From contig CAWJRG010000005.1 of NCBI GenBank assembly GCA_963845185.1, positions 96,001 through 160,000 of the forward strand: a stretch of DNA of 64,000 nucleotides, in the 5' to 3' direction. Below, piece by piece: positions 38,741 through 48,344 of this stretch. Numbering within the stretch: position 1 is the first letter of the stretch; each line of letters starts with the position of its first letter. The DNA is from an uncultured bacterium. GTDB taxonomy: Bacteria; Oederibacteriota; PGYV01; CAWJRG01. The translations under genes were made by a program, and so were the position numbers. The notes below the pieces were generated by a model. That model did not search any database. It was not told the origin of the DNA and saw nothing but the letters and a program-made list of their open reading frames with translations.

Positions 38741-39943
38741 TCAGCTAACCAATGTACCAAGCATAAACATTGGTAAATACATTCCTATAACAACTGCCCC
38801 TATAACAACTCCAAGCACTGACATTATCAATGGCTCCATCATTGCCATAATTGCATCTACTGCTACATCAACTTCAGCATCATAAAAATCAGACATTTTC
38901 AAAAGCATGTCATCAAGTTTGCCTGTTTCTTCTCCCACTGAAACCATCTGTATGACCATTGTAGGAAACAGCTTTGTACTTTTTAACGGTTCCGTTAGAT
39001 TCTGCCCCTCTCTCACCGCACTGCGTGTATCAAGAAGAGCTTTTTCAATAACCCTGTTGCCCGATGAAAGCGCAACTGTCTCAAGCGCGTCAAGTATCTG
39101 CACGCCGCTTTTAAGCAAGGTTCCCAAAGTCCTTGCAAACCTGGCTACGGTCTGTTTTTTAATTAAGGTCCCGAAGATTGGCAACATCAACATATATTTA
39201 TCAATTACAAAACCGCCTCTCTTTGTCCTTTTTGTTATGTTAAATAAAAAAATAACGCCGACTATGGCAACAACTTGAAAAAGAACGTATTTCTGTTCAA
39301 ATTCACTTGTATCAACAAGAAACTGTGTCAAAGCCGGTAACTTATGGCCGAAACCTTCAAATACAGTTTTAAACGTCGGTATGACTTTCACCATCAGCAA
39401 TATGACAATTGACAGGGCGATTACGATAATAGTAATAGGATATGTCATGGCTCCTTTGACTTTGTTTTTCAAAGCTTCTGCTTTTTCCAGGTAAGTGGAA
39501 AGCCTGTCAAGTATCTGGTCCAGTGCCCCGGACAGTTCGCCTGCTTTTATCATATTGCAGTAAAGCGGACTGAAAACCGATGGAAATTTTGACATGGAAT
39601 CCGAAAGATTTGCCCCGCTTCCTATATCATCCCTGACTTTTATAAGGACTTTTTTGAATACTTTGTTTTCTATTTGTTCGACAAGAATATTAAGCGCCTG
39701 CAATACAGGAAGTCCCGCCGCGATCATTGTCGAGAATTGCCTAGAAAATATAGAAACTTCGGAGGTTTTAACCTGCGGGCCGGTTTGAAATATGTATTTA
39801 AAACCGCCCTGCTTTGTTGACGAAACCAAAGAAAGCTTCTGCGATTTTAATTTACTCGCAAGACCTTCCTCATTGTCGGCATCAATTGTCCCGTCTATCA
39901 CTCTTCCGTCAGGAGTCCTGGCTTTATAAGAAAACGTCGCCAT
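38741..39943 (-). CDS. pilC: Type IV pilus platform protein PilC
   Basis: FSRQFSTMIAAGLP; AGELSGALD; AMTYP; GEETGKLDDML; MEP. Confidence 0.95.
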   Translation of the reverse strand: MATFSYKARTPDGRVIDGTIDADNEEGLASKLKSQKLSLVSSTKQGGFKYIFQTGPQVKTSEVSIFSRQFSTMIAAGLPVLQALNILVEQIENKVFKKVLIKVRDDIGSGANLSDSMSKFPSVFSPLYCNMIKAGELSGALDQILDRLSTYLEKAEALKNKVKGAMTYPITIIVIALSIVILLMVKVIPTFKTVFEGFGHKLPALTQFLVDTSEFEQKYVLFQVVAIVGVIFLFNITKRTKRGGFVIDKYMLMLPIFGTLIKKQTVARFARTLGTLLKSGVQILDALETVALSSGNRVIEKALLDTRSAVREGQNLTEPLKSTKLFPTMVIQMVSVGEETGKLDDMLLKMSDFYDAEVDVAVDAIMAMMEPLIMSVLGVVIGAVVIGMYLPMFMLGTLVS

Positions 39944-40012
39944 TTTTGATTTCTCCGCAATTATATTTGATGCTACATTCTGTCTTTCTAATTAACATTA
40001 ATCAACTAAAAT

Positions 40013-41083
40013 TTAACCCGAACCTGATGTCTGCAATATTCTTTGCAAATCTTTGGGGTCGGTTGTTCTTGAAAATATTTCATTGTATGTTACAAGTTGT
40101 TTTTGATAAAGATCGGCCAGCGACTGATTCATTGTTTTCATGCCGATATCAGTGCCGGTCTGCATTATCGAATATATCTGATGGACTTTTTCTTCCCTTA
40201 TTAAATTCCTTACAGCTGAGTTCGACATCAATACCTCCACGGCTATGACTCTGCCTGCAGAATATGCTTTTGGCAGCAATTGCTGGGCAAGGACAGACTG
40301 CAGTACAAATGATATCTGCGCCCTTGTCTGCTGTTGCTGATGTGCCGGAAAAACGTCTATTATCCTGTTTATTGCCTGCACCGCATCCGGCGTATGCAGT
40401 GTGGCAAAAACAAGGTGCCCCGTTTCCGCTATTGTCAATGCGGCAGAAATTGTTTCCAGGTCCCTCATTTCACCCACAAGTATTACGTCCGGGTCTTCCC
40501 TTAATACATATTTTAAAGCTTCAGCAAAAGTTTTTGTATCGGTTCCGACCTCCCTCTGGTTCACGATGCAATTTTTATGCGAATGGATGTATTCAATAGG
40601 GTCTTCTATGGTTATTATATGCCCTGAAGTATGCGAATTAATCCAGTCAATCATTGCGGCGAGCGTTGTTGATTTTCCTGAGCCGGTAGGACCGGTTACA
40701 AGTATAAGCCCTTTGGGAATTTTTACTATGTCATTGACTACCTGCGGTAATCCCAGCTCGTCAAAACTTAAAATATGCATGGGTATGTTGCGCAAAGCGG
40801 CTGCCACTGCGCCTCTCTGTTTGAACACATTCATCCTGACTCTTCCTATGCCTTCCACTCCAAATGAAATATCAAGCTCATTTTCTCTTTCAAATTTTTC
40901 TTTTTGCTCGTCGGTAAGAATACTGTAAATTATTTGCTGGCACTCATCCGGCCTTAGTTTTTCGAATTCTGTAGGTGCTATTTCTCCGTCTATTCTGAGC
41001 ATCGGTGGTGCACCCACGGTCAGATGCAAATCTGAGGCGCCTTTTTCAAACATTATGCGTAATAATGTATCTATATTAACCAT
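40013..41083 (-). CDS. pilT: Type IV pilus retraction ATPase PilT
   Basis: GPTGSGKST; EDPIE; DPDVILVGEMRD; TGHLVFATLH; AVRNLIRE. Confidence 0.95.
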   Translation of the reverse strand: MVNIDTLLRIMFEKGASDLHLTVGAPPMLRIDGEIAPTEFEKLRPDECQQIIYSILTDEQKEKFERENELDISFGVEGIGRVRMNVFKQRGAVAAALRNIPMHILSFDELGLPQVVNDIVKIPKGLILVTGPTGSGKSTTLAAMIDWINSHTSGHIITIEDPIEYIHSHKNCIVNQREVGTDTKTFAEALKYVLREDPDVILVGEMRDLETISAALTIAETGHLVFATLHTPDAVQAINRIIDVFPAHQQQQTRAQISFVLQSVLAQQLLPKAYSAGRVIAVEVLMSNSAVRNLIREEKVHQIYSIMQTGTDIGMKTMNQSLADLYQKQLVTYNEIFSRTTDPKDLQRILQTSGSG

Positions 41084-41419
41084 AACAACCTCCTGTTTAT
41101 TCTTAAAACAGCAATATAATCTAATCTTTTATAATTATATTCAATATTTTTAGTATTGTCAATCCGTTTTCTTACAAAAAATTGACAAAACAATCATAAC
41201 TATTTCTGCATATATTCCGCAGAATAAAAAATATAATTGTCGGCTGGACATTTGACACTTAAAAACATTTAATACACATATGTAATAATGTGCTTAACGA
41301 ACTATCCAATAACTGCTAAATCTAATGCTTTCCAATTATATTTTAAACCCTTATATTTATATTTCTTGAGCCCTACATAACCTGTATCAGCTGCCGCGGC
41401 GGCTGCCGGATAAAAAAAA

Positions 41420-41776
41420 TTATGTTTCGTTATTAATTATATTTTCGATGATTTTTTTGTCTGCATCCTGCAAGGCAAGAAATTCAAGCCCAAATTGAGT
41501 CGCGCCTTTTTCTCTTATTACCCACTTTACTTCGGCAAATGCCACAACAGGCATGGTTTTCTCAGGTATGGTAAATTCCACCCTTACTACATCGCCTACG
41601 TCTCCGTCGAGTGTGCCTTCCAGCTTTATTCCGCCGATGCTTATATCATGGCTGCTGCCTTCTTTTCTTATGGCTTCGATGTTATTCTCTTTGGGCATTA
41701 TTTTATACCTGACATTGAAATTTTTTTGGACTCTTTTGTATCTTCTTTTTTCTATAAACATTTTGCCTTCAGCCAT
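41420..41776 (-). CDS. Stand-alone PilZ-domain protein
   Basis: EKRRYKR and DISIGG; paralogue of 14865..15230. Confidence 0.85.
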   Translation of the reverse strand: MAEGKMFIEKRRYKRVQKNFNVRYKIMPKENNIEAIRKEGSSHDISIGGIKLEGTLDGDVGDVVRVEFTIPEKTMPVVAFAEVKWVIREKGATQFGLEFLALQDADKKIIENIINNET

Positions 41777-41951
41777 TTAGTCCTCCTGTTTTAATTGCAG
41801 ATTTCACGCTAAACTTGCTTTCGCAAAATATTGCTACTAACAAACTGCTTAAAGCTTATAAATTATCTGTGTTTTAACAATTATAGCACATTGCAGTGCT
41901 CGCGCAATAGTATTTTCCCTGATAATCAAGTCTTAAAACCATAAAAACTGC

Positions 41952-43379
41952 TTATCCTTTAACTACTGCCAGTGGTTTTAACCTGGCTACTCTTCGGGCA
42001 AGGCCCGCCGCCTCGACAATATTTGTTATATCTTCAACGTCTTTATAGGCAAAAGGCGCTTCCTCGGACAAAAGCTTTTTACTCCTTACCTTGACTGTAA
42101 TTCCCTGTTTTGATAATTCGTCAAGTATATCCCTGCCTTTTCCCTGTTTTAAAGCTGCGTGCCTGCTGAGCAGCCTTCCTGCTCCGTGGGCGCAAGAATA
42201 AAAAGTATCTTTTGCCTCTTTATCCCCTATCAATATGAACGACGCCCTGCCCATGTCTCCCGGCACCAAAACTGGCTGGCCAGTTTCTTTTATATCTTTG
42301 CCGAGCATTTTATGGCCCTGGGGCAAAGCCCTTGTGGCGCCTTTCCTGTGCACGCACAGCAATTTTATATTCCCGTCAATTTCATGCTCTTCCATCTTCG
42401 CGATATTGTGGGACACGTCGTAAATAAGCTTCATTCCCAATTTCCGGGCGGTTGATTTAAATACCTGCTCAAAAGCGCCTCGTATTTTATCCGTTATTAC
42501 CTCCCTGTTTGCCCATGCAAAATTTGCCGCCCCGCTCATGGCGTTAAAATAACCTCTGCCTTCGCTTGATTTTAACGGCGCGCATACAAGCTGAGGGTCC
42601 TTTATCGCAATACTGTATTTATTAACTGCATTCCTGAACTCGTGCAAATAATCATCGCACACCTGGTATCCCAGCCCGCGCGAGCCTGTATGGAACATTA
42701 TGACCACAGAATCCCTGTATATCCCGAATTTTTGCGCAATTTCAGGCATAAATATTTTATCAACTTTCTGCACTTCAAGAAAATGATTCCCCGCGCCTAA
42801 AGTACCCAGCTGGTCCTGCCCCCTTTCGTAAGCTCGTTCTGAAATTTCATCAGCCCCGCCGTGAAATTTCAATTGCCCCCTGTCTTCTGTCCTGTCCAAG
42901 TCCTCGGGCCAGCCGATTCCGTTCTCAAGCGGCCATTCAGCGCCGCGCTCCAGGACCTTCTTTACCTCGTTTTTTTTAAGTATTATTTCACCGCTTGAAC
43001 CCACTCCTGAAGGCACTGCCTTGAATAAAGCCACGGCAATATCGTCAATCTTATCCCTTATATCATCATATATTATATTGGTGCTTATCATCCTGACCCC
43101 GCAGTTAATGTCGTAGCCCACTCCGCCCGGAGAGATAATCCCGTCTTCATTGTCAAAAGCGGCGACACCGCCTATGGGAAAACCGTATCCCCAGTGTATA
43201 TCCGGCATTGCAAGCGAGTATTTTTGAATGCCGGGCAAAGACGCGACATTCTTTACCTGATTAAGCGGCTCTTCCCCCGTGTCTTTCAGTATTTTTTCAT
43301 TCGCGTAAATTATGCCCGGCACGTTCATGCCGCTTTCCTGTTCTATCAAATACTTAAAATCCGATAGTCTTTTCAGCAT
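41952..43379 (-). CDS. rtcB: RtcB-family RNA 2',3'-cyclic phosphate/5'-OH ligase
   Basis: MPDIHWGYGFPIGG, GYDINCG, GNHFLEVQ, HTGSRG, HRKGAT, HGAGR; start ATG 43379 (the tracked ORF extends into the tRNA). Confidence 0.95.
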   Translation of the reverse strand: MLKRLSDFKYLIEQESGMNVPGIIYANEKILKDTGEEPLNQVKNVASLPGIQKYSLAMPDIHWGYGFPIGGVAAFDNEDGIISPGGVGYDINCGVRMISTNIIYDDIRDKIDDIAVALFKAVPSGVGSSGEIILKKNEVKKVLERGAEWPLENGIGWPEDLDRTEDRGQLKFHGGADEISERAYERGQDQLGTLGAGNHFLEVQKVDKIFMPEIAQKFGIYRDSVVIMFHTGSRGLGYQVCDDYLHEFRNAVNKYSIAIKDPQLVCAPLKSSEGRGYFNAMSGAANFAWANREVITDKIRGAFEQVFKSTARKLGMKLIYDVSHNIAKMEEHEIDGNIKLLCVHRKGATRALPQGHKMLGKDIKETGQPVLVPGDMGRASFILIGDKEAKDTFYSCAHGAGRLLSRHAALKQGKGRDILDELSKQGITVKVRSKKLLSEEAPFAYKDVEDITNIVEAAGLARRVARLKPLAVVKG

Positions 43380-43396
43380 ATTTTCCCCTAAAAAAA

Positions 43397-43471
43397 TGGC
43401 GTCCCCAGGGAGAATTGAACTCCCGATACCGCCTTGAAAGGGCGATGTCTTAACCACTTGACCATGGGGAC
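43397..43471 (-). tRNA. tRNA-Glu (anticodon TTC)
   Basis: GTCCCCATGGTCAAGTGGTTAAGACATCGCCCTTTCAAGGCGGTATCGGGAGTTCAATTCTCCCTGGGGACGCCA. Confidence 0.95.
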
Positions 43472-43513
43472 GCATATGAATCTTAAACCTGATGAAACCG
43501 CTGTCAGTAAATA

Positions 43514-45010
43514 TTATACAACTTTATTTGCTTTTTGCAGCGCTATATTATAAATTTCCTCGTATTTTTCAGCCGATATTTCCCACGAAAAATTTTCCTT
43601 CATTCCGTTTAACTGCAGCCGTCTCCAAACAGTCTTGTTTTTATAAGTGTCCACGGCAATCCTTATTGCCTGCAGGAGCTGAAATGCGTTGTTCCCGGAA
43701 AACACAAAACCGTTGCCGTGCTTGGTCTTGAAATTAAACTGTTTCACTGTATCTGCCAGTCCCCCTGTTTCCCTTACTACCGGCACGGTGCCGTATTTCA
43801 GGCTTATGAGCTGGCCAAGGCCGCATGGCTCAAAGTGCGAAGGCATCAGGAACATGTCTGAAGCCCCGTATATATTATGCGCAAGCTTGTTATTAAATTC
43901 CGTCTTGACTATCAACTTCTCCGGGTATTTCCGTTTCAGGCTGTTAAACATATCTTCATACTTTTTCTCGCCCGTTCCGAGCACGATGAACTGCAGGTTC
44001 ATTTTCATCATCTCATCAATTATCGCCGCTATAAAATCAAGCCCTTTCTGGGTGTCAAGCCTTGATACAAGCCCTATCAAAGGGACATTTTCATAATAAC
44101 TCAGCCCGTTTGCCTCTATAATGGCTTTTTTTACTTCTGCCTTTTTATCCACAGTGTCAATATCGTAATTTACAGGCAAAAGCTTGTCAACGGCAGGGTT
44201 CCATATGGAGTAATCAATACCGTTTGTTATGCCGAAAATTTCATCTTTTCTCGTGTGCAGTACGCCGTCAAGCCCGAAACCGAATTCAGGAGTCTGGATT
44301 TCTTCCTTATACCGGTTGCTTACTGTATTTATAACATCGGAAAAAATTATTCCGCCTTTCATGAAACTCATTTTTCCGTAAAACTCCAGTCCTCCGATAT
44401 TAAACAGGCTCATGGGCAGCCCGGCATTGCTTATCTTTTCCGGGGCAAACGCGCCCTGATATTCGAGGTTGTGTATCGAATAAACCGTGGCTATGCCGCC
44501 GTACACATTTTTATCCCAAGCATAAATGGTTTTCAGGTAAACCGGCACCAGGCCTGTGTGCCAGTCATTGCAGTTGATAATGTCCGGCTTAAAGTCGATT
44601 ACCTTGAGCATTTCCACAATCGCCCTGGAAAAAAACATGAACCGCTCCGCATTGTCCCAGTAATCGCCGTGCTCCTTTGTCCTGTAAAGTTCGTCCCTGT
44701 TGAAAAATTCCGGGTTATCTATAAAGTACACAGGCACGTCGGTGTCGGGCAAAACGGATTCCATTATTTTTGCCTTATGATTAAAAAGGGCAATATCAAT
44801 GTTCACTTCTTTTCCGGTATCTTTTATCTTATAGGCCGAGTCGCTGATTTTCTTGTATTTCGGCAAAACAATCCTGACGTCATGCCCTGCATTGCGCAGC
44901 TCTTTCGGCAGCGCTCCTGCCACGTCTGCTAAACCGCCGGTTTTGGCAAAAGGCACGCATTCAGACGCGGCAATAAGAATTTTCAGCTTTTTTTGCTTAG
45001 GTTTTATCAA
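43514..45010 (-). CDS. glgA: Glycogen synthase
   Basis: KTGGLADV; NDWHTG; MPSHFEPCGLGQL; TGGLADTV. Confidence 0.95.
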   Translation of the reverse strand: MIKPKQKKLKILIAASECVPFAKTGGLADVAGALPKELRNAGHDVRIVLPKYKKISDSAYKIKDTGKEVNIDIALFNHKAKIMESVLPDTDVPVYFIDNPEFFNRDELYRTKEHGDYWDNAERFMFFSRAIVEMLKVIDFKPDIINCNDWHTGLVPVYLKTIYAWDKNVYGGIATVYSIHNLEYQGAFAPEKISNAGLPMSLFNIGGLEFYGKMSFMKGGIIFSDVINTVSNRYKEEIQTPEFGFGLDGVLHTRKDEIFGITNGIDYSIWNPAVDKLLPVNYDIDTVDKKAEVKKAIIEANGLSYYENVPLIGLVSRLDTQKGLDFIAAIIDEMMKMNLQFIVLGTGEKKYEDMFNSLKRKYPEKLIVKTEFNNKLAHNIYGASDMFLMPSHFEPCGLGQLISLKYGTVPVVRETGGLADTVKQFNFKTKHGNGFVFSGNNAFQLLQAIRIAVDTYKNKTVWRRLQLNGMKENFSWEISAEKYEEIYNIALQKANKVV

Positions 45011-45157
45011 GTTTTCTCCTGAACACGGAAATAAAGAATGCTTAAAAAATATCAGATAGAGGGTGTAAAGTCAAGGAGTTTTTAAATCCAGATTTGGAAA
45101 GTTCTATTTGCATTTTTCACTTACCCCATCCCCTGTCACTTAACCCTTACCACTTGA

Positions 45158-45985
45158 CTAGTAGTATCTCCTTACCATTTTCTTTATGGCGTCAACGGCA
45201 ATAGGCACAAATATATCCTCATTATCCGCCTTGTCTTTCTTTTCGCCCTTTATGAATTCCTGGCCTTCATATTCCAGTGCCAGGAACCCCCTGTAATTGT
45301 TCCTGCTCAGTATCTTGAAAATTTTATCCATGTCAAACTGCGCTATTTTGCCTGATTTTGATATTGTGTGCACTTTGACATGGCAGGATGCGGCGTATTC
45401 AACTGTCCGCTCTATGGCCGCGTACATATCCTTATCCTGGTAATTGCCTGTATCAATGTTTAACTTCACGTAAGGCGAGTTGACGTCTTTAAGCATCCTT
45501 AAGGTCGTGCCCGAATCAGGCAAAAAACCGCCGTTGTTGTGCGGTTCCACAGCCAGCGTAATCCCCTTTTTTGAAGCGTAATTGGCAGCTTCCTTCATTG
45601 ACTCTATCATTTTTCCCCACAGCGCTTCCTTCTTATCCTGCGGCGGCCAGCCGGCAAATACCCTCACTATATTTGTCCCGAGTATTTCTGCCGTATCTAC
45701 TGATTTTTTTACATAGTCCAGCTGTTTGCGCCTGTCGCTGTCTTTCTCCGCGCCAAAGTTGTTTCCCGGAGAAACTGCGGATATTATAAGTCCTTTGTCT
45801 GTGGCGTATTTCTTCAGTTTCAGCAAATGCTCTTTTTTGCTGCTTTTCAGGTGTTCCACTATGAATTCAATGGCGCCGATTTTTAGTTTATTGCTGTAAA
45901 TATCAATTAAAGCCATGTCGTCGTATTTCCCGAGTTCCACGGAAAAATGATAAGACCATGTTATAGCGCTGATTTTGTAGGACAT
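45158..45985 (-). CDS. Sugar-phosphate isomerase/epimerase (xylose-isomerase-like TIM barrel)
   Basis: LAVEPH, NIDTGN, CHVK, ALEYE metal ligands. Confidence 0.85.
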   Translation of the reverse strand: MSYKISAITWSYHFSVELGKYDDMALIDIYSNKLKIGAIEFIVEHLKSSKKEHLLKLKKYATDKGLIISAVSPGNNFGAEKDSDRRKQLDYVKKSVDTAEILGTNIVRVFAGWPPQDKKEALWGKMIESMKEAANYASKKGITLAVEPHNNGGFLPDSGTTLRMLKDVNSPYVKLNIDTGNYQDKDMYAAIERTVEYAASCHVKVHTISKSGKIAQFDMDKIFKILSRNNYRGFLALEYEGQEFIKGEKKDKADNEDIFVPIAVDAIKKMVRRYY

Positions 45986-46018
45986 CTTTGTTCTCCCGTT
46001 TAAAATGTTGTATGTGCC

Positions 46019-46096
46019 AAAACCCCCTATTATCCCCCTTTATTAAAGGGGGATGTAAATCGTTCCCCCTTAACAAGGGGGAATCGAAGAGGGTTT
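46019..46096. repeat. CCCCCTT/AAGGGGG double-hairpin intergenic repeat
   Basis: TCCCCCTTTATTAAAGGGGGA and TTCCCCCTTAACAAGGGGGAA; inverted copy at 49203-49238. Confidence 0.7.
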
Positions 46097-46163
46097 GCCC
46101 ATCCTATGACATTGCTTGCGTTGCTAAACATTAAATAGGTTTAACAAAAAATATTACTATTAT

Positions 46164-47183
46164 TTACACCCTTACTTTAACGAACTTTTTCGTCCTTTCC
46201 GATTCCAGAGCCGCCAATATTACAGCCATTGACTTCATTCCCTCAACGCCGTCAATCAAAGGCTTTTTCTTATTTATAACGCATGATAAAAAGTATTCAC
46301 ACGGGCTTGTATGCCTGCTTTTTTTCGGTATTGCAGGCTTAATTATTTTCGGTTTCGCGTACGGATTCCCGGGGTTTGAAACGCTTATTATCACCCTGTC
46401 TTTTGCCTGCTGGACCATTGCCTTGCCCTTTGTGCCGTATAAAAACACAACAACTTCATAAGGCTTCGTAGTCCACGAGGCCTCAAATACGCCCAGCGTT
46501 TTGTCTTTAAATTTAATTGTAGCCACTATATTGTCTTCCACAGGCACTTTCTTGTCGAGTATGCCTGTCTGGCCGGAAACTTCAATTATGTCCTTGCCTG
46601 TCACAAACCTGATAAGGTCGAGTATATGTATTCCGACATCCACTGACACGCCGCCGCCGGATTTTTGTTTCTGGAAAAACCACGGCGAGTCAGTGCTCCA
46701 GTATTCCGGCCCCGCGTGGCCCAGTTTTCCCCTGACGTTTAATATTTTTCCTATCGTGCCTCTGTCTATGTAATCCTTTAAAACTTCATGTGCAGGGTCG
46801 AACCTGTGGGATTGCTCGACCATAAGCGTTACTTTGTTATTCCTGCATGCCTTTATCATTGCCTTCATGTCCTTTACCGATATGGACATCGGCTTTTCAA
46901 CCAGCACGTGCTTTTTGTTTTTGGCCGCGTATATGGTCATGGGTGCGTGCAGATAATTCGGCGTGCATACCGAAACAGCGTCAATGCCAGCCTCTTTTAT
47001 CATTTTTTTATAATCGGTATATACTTTCGGTACCTTGAACATTCCTGCAAGCCTTGTTGCTTTTTTCTTTATTATGTCGCATATTGCCACAACTTCAGCT
47101 TTGTTTGAAGCCGTATATTGAGGCAGGTGCGTCCTTTCCGCTATTTTACCTGCGCCTATTATTCCTATGCGTACTTTTTTCAT
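46164..47183 (-). CDS. Gfo/Idh/MocA oxidoreductase
   Basis: GIIGAGKIA; CTPNYLH; HVLVEKP; DVGIHILD. Confidence 0.92.
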   Translation of the reverse strand: MKKVRIGIIGAGKIAERTHLPQYTASNKAEVVAICDIIKKKATRLAGMFKVPKVYTDYKKMIKEAGIDAVSVCTPNYLHAPMTIYAAKNKKHVLVEKPMSISVKDMKAMIKACRNNKVTLMVEQSHRFDPAHEVLKDYIDRGTIGKILNVRGKLGHAGPEYWSTDSPWFFQKQKSGGGVSVDVGIHILDLIRFVTGKDIIEVSGQTGILDKKVPVEDNIVATIKFKDKTLGVFEASWTTKPYEVVVFLYGTKGKAMVQQAKDRVIISVSNPGNPYAKPKIIKPAIPKKSRHTSPCEYFLSCVINKKKPLIDGVEGMKSMAVILAALESERTKKFVKVRV

Positions 47184-47373
47184 TTAATTCCTCCTTGATA
47201 TCGTTTGTTTTGCCAAGCCGTCAACAGGCGCAGGCAAAACATTACGAGATCAAGCACCCGTTCCAGTGCTGGTCTTATCAGCACAAGCGGTGCCATGATA
47301 TTTTGATCTTTTATAACAGTCAGCAAACCGTTTGAAACTATTCTACTTCTTGTCAGGGAGTATTCGGGATTCT

Positions 47374-47409
47374 AAAAAAACAGGGGCAGGAAATAAATCC
47401 CGCCCCTGT
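47374..47409 (-). terminator. Intrinsic terminator
   Basis: ACAGGGGCGGG...CCTGCCCCTGTTTTTTT on minus strand. Confidence 0.75.
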
Positions 47410-47421
47410 ATAATTCAAAAA

Positions 47422-48123
47422 TTATTGGACAACAATATTATCAACGAAAATAACATCACTATTGCCCGATGTAGGAAGGGCAGGCCCTCCGTTTTGCAGT
47501 AATTCAAATCCATACGCTTGCACCGTGGCAGCGTCTGTATATGCTGCACCTGACGCCGGTATAGCATACGTAAAAGTGTTCCATTTAAATCCAATGGCTG
47601 TACTCAGTAATACCGGATTGCTGTAATATGTGGTAGGACCGGTTCCACCTGTAAAATAAATTTCAAACTCATAACCCGTTGCTGTCGCCGTCAAAGAAGC
47701 CGGTATCCACACAGGCACGCTAATTGACTTGCCTTGAAAATTCGGCAGGGGCGTGACCGTCTCGCTTTTTGCGAAAGAGCATATTGCGCTTCCTCCGGCA
47801 TTACTGAAGCTAAATGGTAATTCGACCATTAATATGCCCACCGGTACTATAAGGTGACTGCCATCGACATTGTTCTGTGCATTCACAATATTTCCGCCAT
47901 TATCGAAGCCTCCACCATTCCAGCCTGAAGTGACACTCCACCCGCCCATTGTGTTGTCTTCAAAACCAGTTACCTCTAATGGCACGGGCGTGTTTGTGGG
48001 AGTTAATGAAGGAATTACCGTGGCAGTCGCTGCTGTAGGTGACTTGGCCTTAGTGCATGACACCAGGGATAACAAATTTAAAGCCGTGATAACGCAAATT
48101 GCAATTACTAAAAATTTTTTCAT
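47422..48123 (-). CDS. Lipoprotein with Thr-rich linker and CBM-like beta-sandwich
   Basis: LVSC lipobox; GFED...W; GKSISVPVWIP; IFVDNI. Confidence 0.65.
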   Translation of the reverse strand: MKKFLVIAICVITALNLLSLVSCTKAKSPTAATATVIPSLTPTNTPVPLEVTGFEDNTMGGWSVTSGWNGGGFDNGGNIVNAQNNVDGSHLIVPVGILMVELPFSFSNAGGSAICSFAKSETVTPLPNFQGKSISVPVWIPASLTATATGYEFEIYFTGGTGPTTYYSNPVLLSTAIGFKWNTFTYAIPASGAAYTDAATVQAYGFELLQNGGPALPTSGNSDVIFVDNIVVQ

Positions 48124-48172
48124 GCTTTTCGCCTCCTTTTTCCTTTATTTTTGAATTTTTTCTTACCTATAA

Positions 48173-48201
48173 ATAATATCAACGAAACCGTTTTTAGTCA
48201 A
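48173..48201 (-). promoter_or_regulatory. sigma70-type promoter (near-duplicate at 49069-49097)
   Basis: TTGACT-AAAAACGGTTTCGTTGA-TATTAT. Confidence 0.6.
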
Positions 48202-48235
48202 GATGAAAAAATCTGGATTCATGTGTTGTTTTATC

Positions 48236-48264
48236 GTAAAGACGACCCGTTGGATCGTCTCTAC
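48236..48264. repeat. GTAG-type REP-like palindrome
   Basis: GTAAAGACGACCCGTTGGATCGTCTCTAC; near-identical copy with flanks at 50716. Confidence 0.75.
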
Positions 48265-48294
48265 ATTTTAAAATGATTTAATTATTATACAAAT

Positions 48295-48328
48295 AAAAAA
48301 GGGGCGGTTGTTACACCGTCCCTTTTTT
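48295..48328 (-). terminator. Intrinsic terminator
   Basis: AAAAAAGGGGCGGT...ACCGTCCCTTTTTT. Confidence 0.75.
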
Positions 48329-48344
48329 GTTGAGCTTAAAACAA

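Noticed and set aside
43380..43475. N-terminal extension of RtcB in the ORF track
   Set aside because: It is tRNA-Glu read in frame; the RBS supports ATG at 43379.
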